A stretch of DNA of 63,392 nt, counting the filler, from Welwitschia mirabilis (taxonomy: Eukaryota), in NCBI GenBank assembly GCA_051453625.1. It is 4 parts of one record of this genome, joined end to end, with 100 filler letters (N's around TTAATTAATTAA, not from the genome) between each part and the next. Parts side by side here need not be neighbours in the genome. Positions count along the whole stretch, not along the records: positions 17,619 to 46,549 come from JBOZIK010000001.1; 3 more parts are not named here. One strand, written 5' to 3'. The notes under the pieces were generated by a model that had not been told where the DNA came from, made no database searches, and saw only the letters and a list, made by a program, of their open reading frames with translations. The translations under genes and the position numbers were made by a program. Every line of letters starts with the position of its first letter. Within the stretch, counting starts at the first letter, position 1. Below are positions 27,000 through 40,300 of the stretch, piece after piece.

Positions 27000-28261
27000 T
27001 AATTGAGTAAGAGAAATCATTAAGCAATTAATAATGCTTCAAACATTATTCATTTATCTTAATTATTTCATTAATTTTTAGGTTAGAAATCTAAATTAAA
27101 CCATTAGAATGCACTTTATTAATTAGATATGGGTCTATCCATTTAGAAGTTAGTTTGTTATGAATTAAATGAACTCTAGCACTAAAGAGTAGAACATACT
27201 GGCCAGGGTGAAAGTCTATATGCATAAGGTTTTTATCATGTCCATGTCTTTCTTTGGCTTTAACTATAAGTTATCAATGAAGAGCCTAGATTCTTTTTTC
27301 ATCAAGGTGATTCAATTGGGTTAAGCATGCTTAAAGATTATCAATATGAGAAATAAGATTAAGTTAATGGACTATTTTATAAGAACTATAACACACATCA
27401 ACTGGAAGCATACAAGTTTTTCCATAGATAAGTTCATAAGGAGAGAAACCTAAAGAATTATACCAAGTTATATGATAAGCCCAAAGTACATCATNNNNNN
27501 NNNNNNNNNNNNNNNNNNNNNNNNNNNNNNNNNNNNNNNNNNNNNNNNNNNNNNNNNNNNNNNNNNNNNNNNNNNNNNNNNNNNNNNNNNNNNNTTTTCC
27601 ATAGATAAGTTCATAAGGAGAGAAACCTAAAGAATTATACCAAGTTATATGATAAGCCCAAAGTACATCATTAAGATGAATTACCCATGATTTTTGAGAC
27701 TTATGACAAAGTTTGAAGAGTACTTTCTTGATCTTGTAATTAGCATTTTTAACTTACCCATTTGATTGGAGATGGTAAGAGTAAGATATTCTATGTTTAA
27801 TCCCAACTAAAAGTAAGAGTTTTATAAGGATCTTATTAATAAATTAAGTACCTTAATTAGACATGAGAATCCTAATAAATCCAAACCTTTAAAAGATATT
27901 TGATCTAAGAAATTAGCAAACAGTTTTTGCATCACAAGTCTTTGTAGGAATAGCTTCAACTCATTTTGTTACGTAATTGACTATAACTAAGATATAATGC
28001 TTGCCACATGAAGGGGTTTTGAGAGGACTTACAAAGTCTATATCACAATAATTAAAAGGTTCATATTCCAAGATAGGTATAAGAGGCATCTCATGAGTTT
28101 AAGTAAGACCTCTAAATCATTGATAAGAATCACTCTTCCTAGTGAAGTGAAAGGCATCTTTAAATGCAGAGGGTTAATAGAATCCTAAATTTAATATTTT
28201 CATAGCATTCTTTTAGCCACTAAAACAACCTCCGCAAAATATACCATGATAAAGAAGAGGA
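27000..28261 (-). pseudogene. Degenerate gypsy integrase of Athila B
   Basis: YHGIFCGGCFSG*KNAMKILNLGFY*PSAFKDA..HEMPLIPILE..DIDFVSP, YVTK*VEAI..DAKTV..NIF*RFG, and DFHPGQYVLLFSAR..KLTSKWIDPY. Confidence 0.92.
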
Positions 28262-28532
28262 ATGTATTTTTCCTTATGGTCATATGCTCTCTCATGGAGA
28301 AGACAACAAGGATGATAGTCATTTTATTAGGCTTTTATTCCACTCTTTACTTCACTTTGCTCCTTAGTTGAATTCCTATTTTCATGGATGAAAATATGGT
28401 ACTTAAGGTCATAATTGGATTGTTATATTGGTTCACAACAAAATTCCTGAAAAATAACTGAATTGAATTCTTGTTCCCTGCAAAAATATCGCCAATTACA
28501 CTATTAAAACATGACAATTTTGGATTGCAACA
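28262..28532 (-). mobile_element. Remnant (~270 bp) of Athila B 5' LTR fused to integrase
   Basis: Aligns with 11521-11790, ends ggattgcaaca, and is followed by the TSD tatac. Confidence 0.85.
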
Positions 28533-29887
28533 TATACAAATAGGTTATTGAAGATTACTTGGATTGCAAATAGTGATTAAGATAAGCAAAATATAAAGCT
28601 AAAGAATCTAATAAGATGTACTTACAAAGCTCAAAGTTCATAGAAGATTTAACAAAAAGTTCATGAAGAATAAATAAAGTTGATTAAAGACATGTGAAGA
28701 TCTAAGAATGTCTATGATAAATATGTCTATTCTATTAAAGACTTTAGGATAAATCTAGAGCTAACATAGGTGAAATACATCTATCTTAATAAAGATATTT
28801 ATACAAAACCAAGGATCTAAGACAAGTAAAAGATAACTATTAAATAGAAGACATTTACATTACTTTGACTAGTGAAAGACATATACTAAACTGAAAACAT
28901 CTGTATTAAACTAAAAAAGGTAATAGAGGTTAGTTGTGTTATGATGAAGTATTTACTTTCTAGGAGATCAGATAAGTTCCACATAATTAATTTGAATGTA
29001 TAAGGATTAGATATACAATATTTTAATTTTTATTAACATTTGGAAAGTTTAACCAAAAATGTCTTTCATGCTGAAGATGTCTACCTTTAAGAGATGTCTA
29101 CCATAGTAAAGACCTATATCCTAAGAAATTAACAAAAAATAAAATAGTTATTAAATGACCAAATATTAGTCATTAATAGCCATTACACGGCATTTAAACT
29201 ATTTCAAATGTCTATTTCACTAGGGTAAAGGCTAAGAAGACCTCATAAGTATAAAGGGTAGAGATGAATGGGTTAAAATCAATGTTCTTGATGAAGAGAC
29301 TCATCTTTTAAAGATATTTTATGATATTTGGCACTTTCACTACAAATAACTCTAATCTTAGACATTTATGGATGATTACTTTAAGGATAACTTAAGCTAT
29401 CATTAATGTGATATTATTTTAAGATTGTTTTTTATTATTTGCATTATTTATTAGTATTTCATTATGGGACTATGAAATTATTGAGTTCATTCAATCTAGT
29501 TCATAAGTTTTAATCATCTTCTTTATCAGAATCCCTTGGCTAAAGATTCTAAAGTGTAAGGTAATACTTATATGAGTGTGCTTATTTGGATGCTTGAGAA
29601 CACAATTTGTATTTGATATATTGTAATTCCTAAGGTGAAGAGAGTGTCATATTATAATGTGAACCTCCTTTGTATGTAAGGTTGATGGTACTCAAAAATT
29701 ACTACTTTTATAGATTAAAGATATTTAGAGGTTTGAATAAAAGATACCCTATGAGTGTGGACATATATAGATTAAGAAACACATTAAATTAGTAAGGTCT
29801 ACATTGTGAATTTCATTTATTTCAGTTCATAATTGTTATTTGATCAAATTCATTCATTCCTTTCCTTTGAGTTTAATGATTCTTAGA
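28533..29887 (+). mobile_element. Remainder of SIRE-1 3' LTR
   Basis: agacat(c/t)t/atgtct repeated motifs like those downstream of SIRE-1 pol (~8040-8110), TATA-like gtataaaggg (~29249), decayed U5 attcattcctttcct (~29852). The end is approximate. Confidence 0.65.
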
Positions 29888-30495
29888 TGATAAAATATTA
29901 TCTCATCTAAATATCCACTTAAGGTTATGATGATATAGCCAAAAATTAAGTTTAATACTCTATAAACTAGTGACAACTACATTCCTTTAAAATTTATAGT
30001 TAATTCCCATTTTAAATATTTCTTACATAAGTCATATACCTACTTAAAATTTGAAAGATACTCAAATAAGCTAATGATAAGCTAATTTATTCTAAATGAG
30101 TTATAATAATCACCTCTATAACTCTATCTAGAGTGATTCTAAATTCAATTCCTCATATCTTTATCTTAAGAGCATGCTTAGCCATGGATACTACATTTGA
30201 ATTACCATAGAAAAGACGTATCATTTTTTCATGTATGAAAGGATGTGATTTAAAGAGGGGTTTTCATCTTTAATATATGAAGATATTTGTAATTTGATTT
30301 CTTACATATTTAAATTAGTTAACATTTGTACCTTATTATTTGAGTATTGTTTTTTTTATAAACTCATCTTCAAATTTTTTATTATCATCTTAGCATAAAT
30401 ATCAACATCTCTAATACTAGATAAAATTAATTTATCCACTTCTTTATCTTTTTAGAATGTAGCACATGAATTTCACATCTTATTCTAGATGGCAT
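29888..30495 (-). pseudogene. N-terminal part of env-like ORF2 of SIRE-2, truncated by SIRE-1
   Basis: ATG at 30495 (MPSRIRCE..) and motif HEKMIRLFYGN (~30201-30233). Lies downstream of the SIRE-2 pol. Confidence 0.55.
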
Positions 30496-31654
30496 AATCT
30501 ACACTTAAATATTGAACATTAGTATGTTTTCACAAAATATAATATAGGTATGTAGAAGAGATGAGATAGTGCATAGTTATTAAAAAAGTACAAAATTTTT
30601 ATAATGAGTTTATACATGATAAATTAATGTCAATTTAATCAAATAAGTAGAAAAAATAATAAAAGATATAATAAACATGAAAAATCTAGATCATAGACCT
30701 TTCGCAAATTGGTGGCATAGTAACTACATTAAAAAAATTGAATATAGTAGAAACTAAGTTAAAATTCAAAGAATTATTCAATAATGATGAAATAACAATC
30801 TAATAAACTAGATATGAATACTAAAAACACTTGCAAAATGCAATTAAATGCAAAATTTTTGAAAAAAGGGGTAAAAACATAAAGGAAATATTAATATTAA
30901 GGGGAAAAAATTCTAAATAGATAAGGTTTTAATTTTCTTAGCATAAATTAAATAATGAAGATGAGAAATCTATATTTCTTAGCAATTTTGAGTAAGAAAT
31001 TTAACATAAAATAAAGAATTAAAAAAACTACAAATATGAATAAAACTAAATATACATCCAACGTATGATTAAAAACATCAAAAAATGTAAATAAAATAAA
31101 ACTATTTTTGATCTCTTAGATAATTATAAATACTTAGGAAAGTTACAGAAGTTAAAAGGATTTAATGAAAAATTAACAAACATTACTAAGTAAAATTTGA
31201 AACAGTGAGAAAATGAGTCAGAGTTTTAGCTATTTATAGTTTTATACAAATTATTATGAAATCAAGCCCTATGTTTAGGTGATCAATTATTGTAACCAAG
31301 GGAAAGTTATTTTAGTTATGATTAGTAAACTAGTGAAGAATATAGGTCAACCAACTAAAGATGAAATTATAACTAATTCGTCTAAGAGAATAAGGATCAA
31401 TCTTATACATAATGAAAGTTAATCAACTAAAAATATAAATTAGTTCTGAATAGCTAAATGTAAAGGGATCAATCATGGAAGTAGTTTTAATTAATTACAT
31501 ATAATTAGAATCTTATAAAAAGATAAAATATCATTTATTAATTAACTAATAATTAGTCAATAAAGAATTAAATAAAACTTTAATTCAAAGTTTAAGTAGA
31601 ATAAAAAAACAATAAATCAAATAAGAACATTAGAAAAATGATATTTACATTATA

Positions 31655-34600
31655 AAAATGGGGAAAAGAAAAGGTTTAATGAAAATTCTAAGGTCAATAT
31701 CTTTACATAATAATATAAATTAATCTTGGAATAAAGGCTTAGTGAGAATATGATGTAGTTATTATTTGGTTAAGACAAACTTAAGATGAATGTCTTTACT
31801 TCTAAGATGATCATGGATGAAATGGTGTTTATTGTCTATTGGTTTAATTCAATAATTAGAAAAATAGTACTAATACTCTTTATGATATTAGAGTTATCAT
31901 AATAAATAGGCATATCAAGTTTATTAATGTTTAGGTCCTTTAAAACATGATAAATCCATAATACTTGGACTATACAACTACAAACTGATTACATATTTGC
32001 ATTTAACTATGAATAAGAGAATTAAAGCTTTTTTAATATCCCAAATAATAAGCAAGAATATAGAAGTAAATAATGACTCCTAATATTTTTTATATCATTT
32101 TAATAATTAATATAATTAGATCCACAATAATAAAAAAATGCAAACTAGGTTCTTTAGAAAAGAAAAATCCGTAATTTAAGGTTGAAATAAGATACCTTAT
32201 GATTATTTTTAAATTATGTAAGTTATATTCCTTTGATTTAGATTGATGTCTAATACATAATATAATAGTAATACTAATATTTTATCTACTTTCAATGAGG
32301 TATAGAATGACATTCATCATGATTCTATGAATATCTATATCTACATTATTGTCAATTCTAATTAGTCTTAATTTTTCTATTTATGATCATAGGAGTAGAT
32401 ATTAGCTTGCTCTTATTCATCCTAAATTGTTTTTCACTATGTTACCTATAAAATTATGTTGTAAAAAGAAGACTCCATCCTTAAGTTATTTGATTATCAA
32501 ACCAAGAAACATTTATATCTTATTTAGATGTTTTATCTTAGAGTGGTCATTCATTAGATTAATAAAATCATGAAATAAAGATTCTAGTATAAAACCAAAT
32601 ATTATTTGATATATATATATATCCACACACATTTAAAATAAAAGAAAATAAAATTTATTTTTTTTTATAAATAGCATTTTATTTACTTTACTTGTAATAA
32701 ACTCATTTTCAAATAGAAAGTAGGCTAGCCTTTCATACCATGGTCTAGGTTATTTCCTGAATCTATACAGGTCATTTTTCTACTAATATACATCATTATG
32801 ATACTACATTTACTTAAAAGTGGGATGTTTCTTAACATTTACCAATTCATTTATTATTTTTTAAGATATATTTAATAAATTTTAAAATTATTAAAACAAG
32901 GTATTATAAGAAATATTCTAATGAATTCTAGTTTACCTTATAGAGAAAATGTTTATTTAAAGTAAATTTCTTCTATTTTGGATATATTCTTATGCTACTA
33001 ATCTTGCTCTATTCCTTAAAACTTTAGAAATCTTATTTAAGGGATTTCCATTTGATTTCTATGATATTACCATCTTTGGGTATAGGAATAAGTTCTTATG
33101 TTTTATTATTATTGAATTTCTTAATCATATTTGCATTATGTTCATCCAACATTTATTACCTTTAGTATCTTAAAAAGATTTCAGTTTTAAGTGTTGACAT
33201 AAAAAAATACATTAATATAAATGAAACATTACATCTTTACTTTCTATAACACATCATTAATAATCAAATCAATTAAAAACATTTTTGGAACTATAATATC
33301 TTTTAGTTAAGATTTAGGAATTGATCTTATTAATTACATTGGTATGGCTTATGAACTATAGGATCCTAAACTTGAGGTTTAAGTATCTATATTAAGTATT
33401 ATAAATATTATTTATACTCATTCATGTTCATATTCATTATTTATTTCCAATTTTTTATCAATCTTTATGTGGAGACATTATTCACTATATTAAAATTTAA
33501 GTTGTACACACTATAATCTTTTGCTTTTTTTAGATTACCAAGGAAAATTCTTTCTTACTTTAAATCATTTTAATGCTTTTTGTAATTTTTGGGATATATA
33601 ACTTCCTTTTAAAAACCTTGATGTATAAGATATTTAGTCTCTTTCATTTCAATAGCTCAAATGATGTCTTTTTCATGCATGAACTAGGACAGGAATGGTT
33701 GGAAATATAGCAAAACATGTTAAAATATTTACTCCAAAATCTTTCAAATAGGTATTATTATTATAGTAAGATCCTTATCATCCCTTATAAGGCTTTATTT
33801 TTTTTAAATAATCCCACTTTGTTGAAGAATTAATAGGGTTAAAAAGTCATGTACAGTTCAATTTTCTTAACAAAATAATTCGAATTTCTCATTTTGAAAC
33901 TCTACATTGTAATTGCTTCTAATATTTTTAATGTTTTAACTAGTTTCATTTTTATATCCTTTATAAAGGAGTTTAAGTTTATCAAATGCATCAGTTTTAT
34001 GTTAAAGAAACAACACCCAAGAAAATCTAGAGTAGACATTAATAACACTAAGAAATACTTCTTACAACTAAGACTTTTAGCAAAGGTTAAATCTACTAGA
34101 TCTAAATGCAGAAAATTTGGAATTCTTTGAAAACTCACTTGATTAATCTCAGTAAAACCTTTCTTATGTTCATAACTAACTAATAAGAATAGGAAACTTA
34201 ATCTTTCAACTTACTAATTTTAGATATGCCTTTAATTAGTTCATGTTTAGTTATGTTATATAAAGTCTTCTAATTAACATTATCCTAATCTTTTATTTTA
34301 TAATTTATTTTCATTTATAATAGAAGAATAAAATTATTTACTATCTAATCATTACTTAATAAAATAAACATTTTTATCTCTATTATCTGAAATAATATTC
34401 TACCATTTTTATCTATAACATGATATTTAGAAGCACATAATAAAACATACATATCACTATCGTATACTTAGTTAATGCTAAAACAATTTTACTTTACTTG
34501 ATTGACATAATTATAAAGAGTACAAAAGTATTTTCTTCCAATTTTACCTCATTCCTCAACTTGTTCTTTACCACTATTTTTAGATGTAATAGCTTCTCCA

Positions 34601-36614
34601 TCACATTTTTTTGTGTTTATAAATCTACTTGTATCTCCTATCATATGTCTTAAGGAATCACCATTAGAATATAACTGAATGTCATGAGTTGTAGATAAGG
34701 TAGTGTAAATTAATAAAATTTTATGATTTTTACTAGTCATCCATCTTTTATTAAAATAAATGTTTTTATAAAGGAATTATAGACCTAGCATATCATCAAA
34801 CTTAAAAGAAAAAAGTTACTATAATAACAAGTTAACTTAGTATGACCAAATAAATTATCAAAATGACATTCTGGATACCTCTTACTTATTTTTCTAGATT
34901 TAATATTATAAGAATATGTTTGGGCATAATAATTTAAAATATTTAATAAATCATACTTTACCATTAGAAAGGAATGAATACTTTCTATATGATACTAGTA
35001 GAAATATTAAGGGAATAGAGAACATGTATCCTAATCTAGTCTTGTTATTTAATGTTCTTTGCCTTAGAAACATTTATTCTAAGTATCGTTTCTAACAGAA
35101 GTCTTTAAAATAATTATATTTAATTTATTAATATTATTTAATAAGTAATTACATTTATCTTCTCTTGCTTTAGTAAGCCCTTGAATATATTTTATACCTT
35201 TCTTATGGCATGAGATTTTATGTGCTATTGTTTTTCTTGTTTAATCTACTAGGCTTGAGATTAACTTTTTTTCGTCTTTAAGTTTTCTAACACTCATTTT
35301 AGGAAGCACATTGTATTTTAAGATCTTCTTAACTTTTTTTTTTTTTTTTAAATAAAGTTTCATAAGCCTTCTCAAGCGTGTTATCATATCCATCTTCTAT
35401 CTACTCATCCATTACAATTTGAAAAATCAATCTTCTTTATCATCATCACTTGTACCATCATCTTTGTATTAGCAACATGAAAGATCTAAGTAAATATCTA
35501 AATTAAGATTAAAATATTATGATATACCAAAATAATCATCTAGTATATATAAATAAGAAAAGTTATTATAAGTAAAGGATGTTAAGAGGAACCTATTATT
35601 GTTATGTTCCTCTTCATAATTATATTTCTATCTCTATTTCAAATAGTAACATGATAGTTCTTATTTTTTTAAATCTTGTTCTTTTTGTTATTTCAGAATT
35701 CAATGGTAATGTATCTAGATATTTTACAAACATTGTAAGAAATTACTTTATTATTTGATATACCTTTGAATTTTGATGATGTTCCACTACAGTTCTTTCA
35801 TTCATAGTCCTTTTTGTCTATTTTATTACTATGTGTAAGAATTTTCATAAAATTTCTAATAAATAAAGTAATTTTTCCATCTAAATCCAAGTATAAATAT
35901 AAATAATATAAATTAGAGTCATCCTTCATAGATGCAGAAATTGAAATTTGTTTTGAATTTACCTCTACACATTTATCATTATCTTTATAAAGATGCCTTA
36001 GTTTAAAGATAATAATTTCACTTACCAATTCCTATAACTTGATATTGTCAAGGTTATTTATGTGTTTAATTGATGGTATCTAATCTTCATAATCTTTAGA
36101 AATATATCTCAATATCTTTTCCATAATTTAACTAGATGAAAAAGGTTCAAAAAGTTCTTGTAAGTTATTTAGAATGTTCATGAATTGTTGTTAGACTTGA
36201 TAAAGATCTCATCATCTTAGATTCTAATTTTATCAAATTGGATCATGAGAATTTTATTCTTTGTAGTCTTAATTTAGTTTGTTCCTTCATATGTTACTTA
36301 TAAGTAATCCCAAATTTATTTTATACTAGTAAAATTTCATATCTTCTTGTAATCCTTTGGATTTTTTCCATAATAGATTGCAATCATGACCTTCTTATCA
36401 AACATGACATTGTTATTGTCTCTATTTTTCCATTTTTTACTTTGTTTACTATCATCATCTTAATATAATTGATTTTATTTAGTTCGTTAGGAGATATAAA
36501 TTCTTATTCAATGATTACTTAATAATCAACTCTCATTTCCTTAATAAATACTTGTATTCTTGGCTCTCAAAAATCATACTCATGATAAGGAATATGATTC
36601 ACACATTATTTTTC
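31655..36614 (-). pseudogene. Degenerate Ty1/copia (Sirevirus-like, SIRE-2) gag-pol
   Basis: gag ~35800-36614, decayed Zn knuckle CHFDNLFGHTKLTC (~34827-34868), QLYSNGDSLRHMIGD protease, LHLDLVD..KYFLV integrase, RT ~32200-33150, RNaseH KHHFIHDH and ILTKP (~31735-31830). Confidence 0.88.
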
Positions 36615-36664
36615 CATATTTAATAATATAAAACATACTAAAAAATAATTACTTCGAACAACAT

Positions 36665-37707
36665 TTTCTTATACTAATTCTTAGGACTAGATATCCTATA
36701 GATAATGAAGTTAATTACTTATATCAAATAAAATGTCTCCTAAATAAATATAAGTAAATGTAATTTAATATGATGAATAAGTAAGTAAGTTAAACTTAAT
36801 AATAAATTTTACTAATTAATTAATAATAAGTACTTATAATAAGATCATAAGAGAAAAGGTACAAGCGATAAGCATATTTCCATCTTTTTTATGTCTTGCA
36901 ACTTTAACACCTAAGAGAATCTTGTGGTAGTATTCAATCAATAAAAATAGAATTTTATGAGAATTATTAGTCTTGATATATATCATAATGAGGTTATCTA
37001 ATTCTAATCTTAATGATAAATAAGAGATGAAAAAGATTAAATGCAAATGAAATATGTAGATTGTACCTTTTTTTAATAAGATGGAAAAAAAAGATCATTA
37101 AAAGTATTTGGAAGTGCAATAATAATTTAATTATATTAGAATTATGTTTTTAGTTATTTCACATCATAATTGCATGATGTATGATTGATTGGTTAGTGAA
37201 AAAGATTATGAAGTCCTATAATAGATACAAAAATAATCATAATTGACCTCTTATAGTTGCATACCTTCTTCATGTTTCATTAGCTAATTCATTATTAGTT
37301 ATCCCTTTGTTGAGAACTAATCAATTTCTTAGGTGATCAATTCTAGTTTTTAGTCAGTCAACTAAGTAACAAGTAGTATTATTATGGTAAGAGTCTAGTT
37401 AGCTACCTATTATTCCCTAGTTTCTTATTTCTTACATATTATATTTAACAAAAACACTTTCTTTCTTATACAATGACACCTAATCAGTTATTTTCTTTAG
37501 TTTCATGGATTAAAAGTTATCTATTGATTAGCTATCTTAAGTTAGATAGTTACTCATAGTTGATGTATCTACATCCTTTAATGCATTATTTCATTCATCT
37601 TTAGTATATCTTCAACCAATTTAAATTTTAATATCTAAGGAGTGTAGTATTCCTATAACAAAATGTTTACTTTATTACTTCGCTTATGATGTTGTTGGTT
37701 ATCAATA
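36665..37707 (-). mobile_element. PBS (36665-36676) and 5' LTR (36679-37707) of SIRE-2
   Basis: Minus strand ...ctagtcctaaga-at-tagtataagaaa (decayed CA-AT-TGGTATCAGAGC). The far end is tattgataac (TGTTG-like). Decayed gtcaac/gatcaa repeats at 37240-37570. Confidence 0.6.
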
Positions 37708-40300
37708 GATAATTAAAAGGTATAATAAGGACTTTCTTAATTATTATTTATTTCATTTTAGGGTTAAATATAAATTGAGAATCTCTAGAGTATTTTCATT
37801 TTTCTCTAGATGATGTTTTTATTTTATTATATTGAAAATAGACCATCCCAAAGATGTTTTATGATGTTTAAGTAGTAAAACTGAGACATCTTATTAAGAA
37901 GTTAATAGTTTTACAAAGACTACAATAAGGTGGAATTTATTATTTTTTATTGATGTAAAATTTTAGATCTTTAAGAAGAATTCTACCTTCAAAATTAGGT
38001 ATACACTCCTCATCATAAGTTGTTTTTATATTAAATATAATTTTAAGTCTAGATTTTTATTTAAATGACACATAGTTAAGGGGTCTTTAAAGAATACCTT
38101 CTAGTTCCTCATGAGGCTCACATAATGGTTGATATTCTAAGAAGAAAAATAATGCAAGTATTTTTTATTCATTAGTTTTACTTAGAGTAATATTTCCTAA
38201 TTTATACATGTGATTATTTTTTCATAACATAGAAAGTATTTAATTTTATATTAATACTCCCAAAGAACCTTTTTAGTACTCCATTTCTATAACTAATTAT
38301 AGAATTAAATGTTGTTAAAAATGATATTCCTATAATGATAAAAACTCCTCTTGGATTTTTTTACATACCTAAGACTACAAACGTATCTAGGTAGTAAAAC
38401 TTATCCACTTGTATTAAAATATCTCTATTATTTCATTGGGTATATGAGTTGAGTGGTTAGAAAGTTGCAAAGTTATCTAGGTTTTCTTTAGTCCTTTTAA
38501 TTATCCCAAGTATGACATAATTGTATTAATTACCTTATTATGTGTATGATATGTAACATTATTGGGGAATTAGAATCTCTAACTTTTGATGGAATTGTGT
38601 TTTGAACTATGACACTTAATTAGATGAGAAAGACATTTTCTTTATGTTCATTTTTCTATTTATCATGCATATATCTTTAGATGGTTTTTCATAAGAATGA
38701 AGTACTTCATGAAATCCAAATGAGAATTATTGATATTTACTTCCTTTAATATTCTCAAAATTTGTACTTTAACATATTTTATTTTAAAGGAATGAAACAT
38801 TTAGAAAATTAGGACTTTATTAATTTTTCATTTCTCTTCATATCATCTCATTCATAATTTTCAAGTTTAAAAATTAACTAAGGGTTGGGATTAAATATAA
38901 ATGTCTTCCCTAGATGAATTAGTAGATTTATTTTTTCGTGTACCACTTCTAAGTAAGATAGCATTAGCTTCCTAACTTCTTCTTATTCTTTAACTATATT
39001 ACCAGCTACTAGGCTAGGAAAAGTTTGAGATTAAATCTTAATTTTTTCTCTTACATTGAGTGAAAAAAATAATTTAGATGTAGTTAGAGAAAGTTGATTT
39101 ATGTAAAAATATCCTCTAAGGGTTCACTCTGGGATTGACTATGTAATTGTGAATAATATGATACACTTTGTTCAGAATTCCATGAGAAATCAATTTTTTA
39201 AGATATAAAAATATTTTTATAAAAATTATTATTTCTATTATTTCTATCCCAAAGAAGATCTTTGAAATTATACATTATTCACTTTGTTAGTTAATATGCC
39301 TTTGAAGATTATAACATAGAATATTATCTTGTTTAATGTTCTTTAAATGTACATGTTGCTCATATATATCTACCATTAATGAAGTAAGGTTTAGATGATC
39401 CTAGGTTATCTACTCTCCTAATGATGGAACCTATATTCATGTTTATTTTTTCTTCCTCATCTAGCTTATGTATTTCTAATTTTATGGATTTATAACATTA
39501 ATATTATTCATCTACTTTTCTTTCATTAAAAACTCTTTTCCAATTTTTTTGTAACTTTTGGCTATGTCTTTAGAGATATTTCAAGATTTATCTAGTTCCT
39601 TAAATGTGAAATTACCACCACTTTTTATCTTTATTAGTTTCCTACTTTGTGTAGGTAATATTTTGAAAAAATAACATTTAACAACTCAGAAGCTTTAATA
39701 TTAGATTGGGAACATATTCTTAATAGTTCTTTAAAGTACTCAAATGTTTTAAAAAAGGTTTATTATCTTTTTCTTTAAATTCCATGAATTTTATTTTTAA
39801 TTCATTAGTTTTATATGCTATAAAGTATATTTTCAAAAGCTTAAACTTAAAATTTATTCATAACCTAATTAAATAAGATTTTGAGATCTATAGCTAAGAG
39901 TTTCATCCTAATTACGTTATCTTAATTATTTATAGTTGAAGTTATATATTTAAATTATTTTAAGTGCTTATAAAAATCTTCAAAATCAAGGTTATGAGAT
40001 TTAACTAATAAGTTAATGATATTAGGTTTTGTTTCAATTTGGTTTATACATAAGGACAAATCCATATAAAACACTTTAGCTAAATGTTTCAATTGTTATG
40101 AAGCTTTTTATGTTCTCTTAGATAATTCTTAATAGAGAATATCTTTATTTTTTTGACTAATTACAACATTAATAAAGTTAAGATACCTTGAATATGAGGG
40201 TTTTAAGTTTAAAACCCTGCATTAGAAGCGGGATCTAGAATAGTATGGAAAGCAAGGTTGGAAGCATAAATGAAGTTTGCACAGGTTCAAATTCCACTAT
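37708..40300 (-). pseudogene. Very old, internally deleted gypsy gag-pol remnant (element D)
   Basis: gag-like KSGGNFTFKELDKS*NI (~39575-39630) and integrase C-terminal WDGLF (~37835-37850). The spacing is too short for an intact PR-RT-RH-INT. Confidence 0.55.

Larger units (their letters stand above)
10599..28532 (-). mobile_element. Athila-like element B (deleted, hosts nested insertions), TSD TATAC
   Basis: tatac at 10594-10598 and at 28533-28537. 3' LTR 10599-11790 with a PPT-complement tcgccttccatttag beside it. 28262-28532 is homologous to 11521-11790. Confidence 0.8.
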
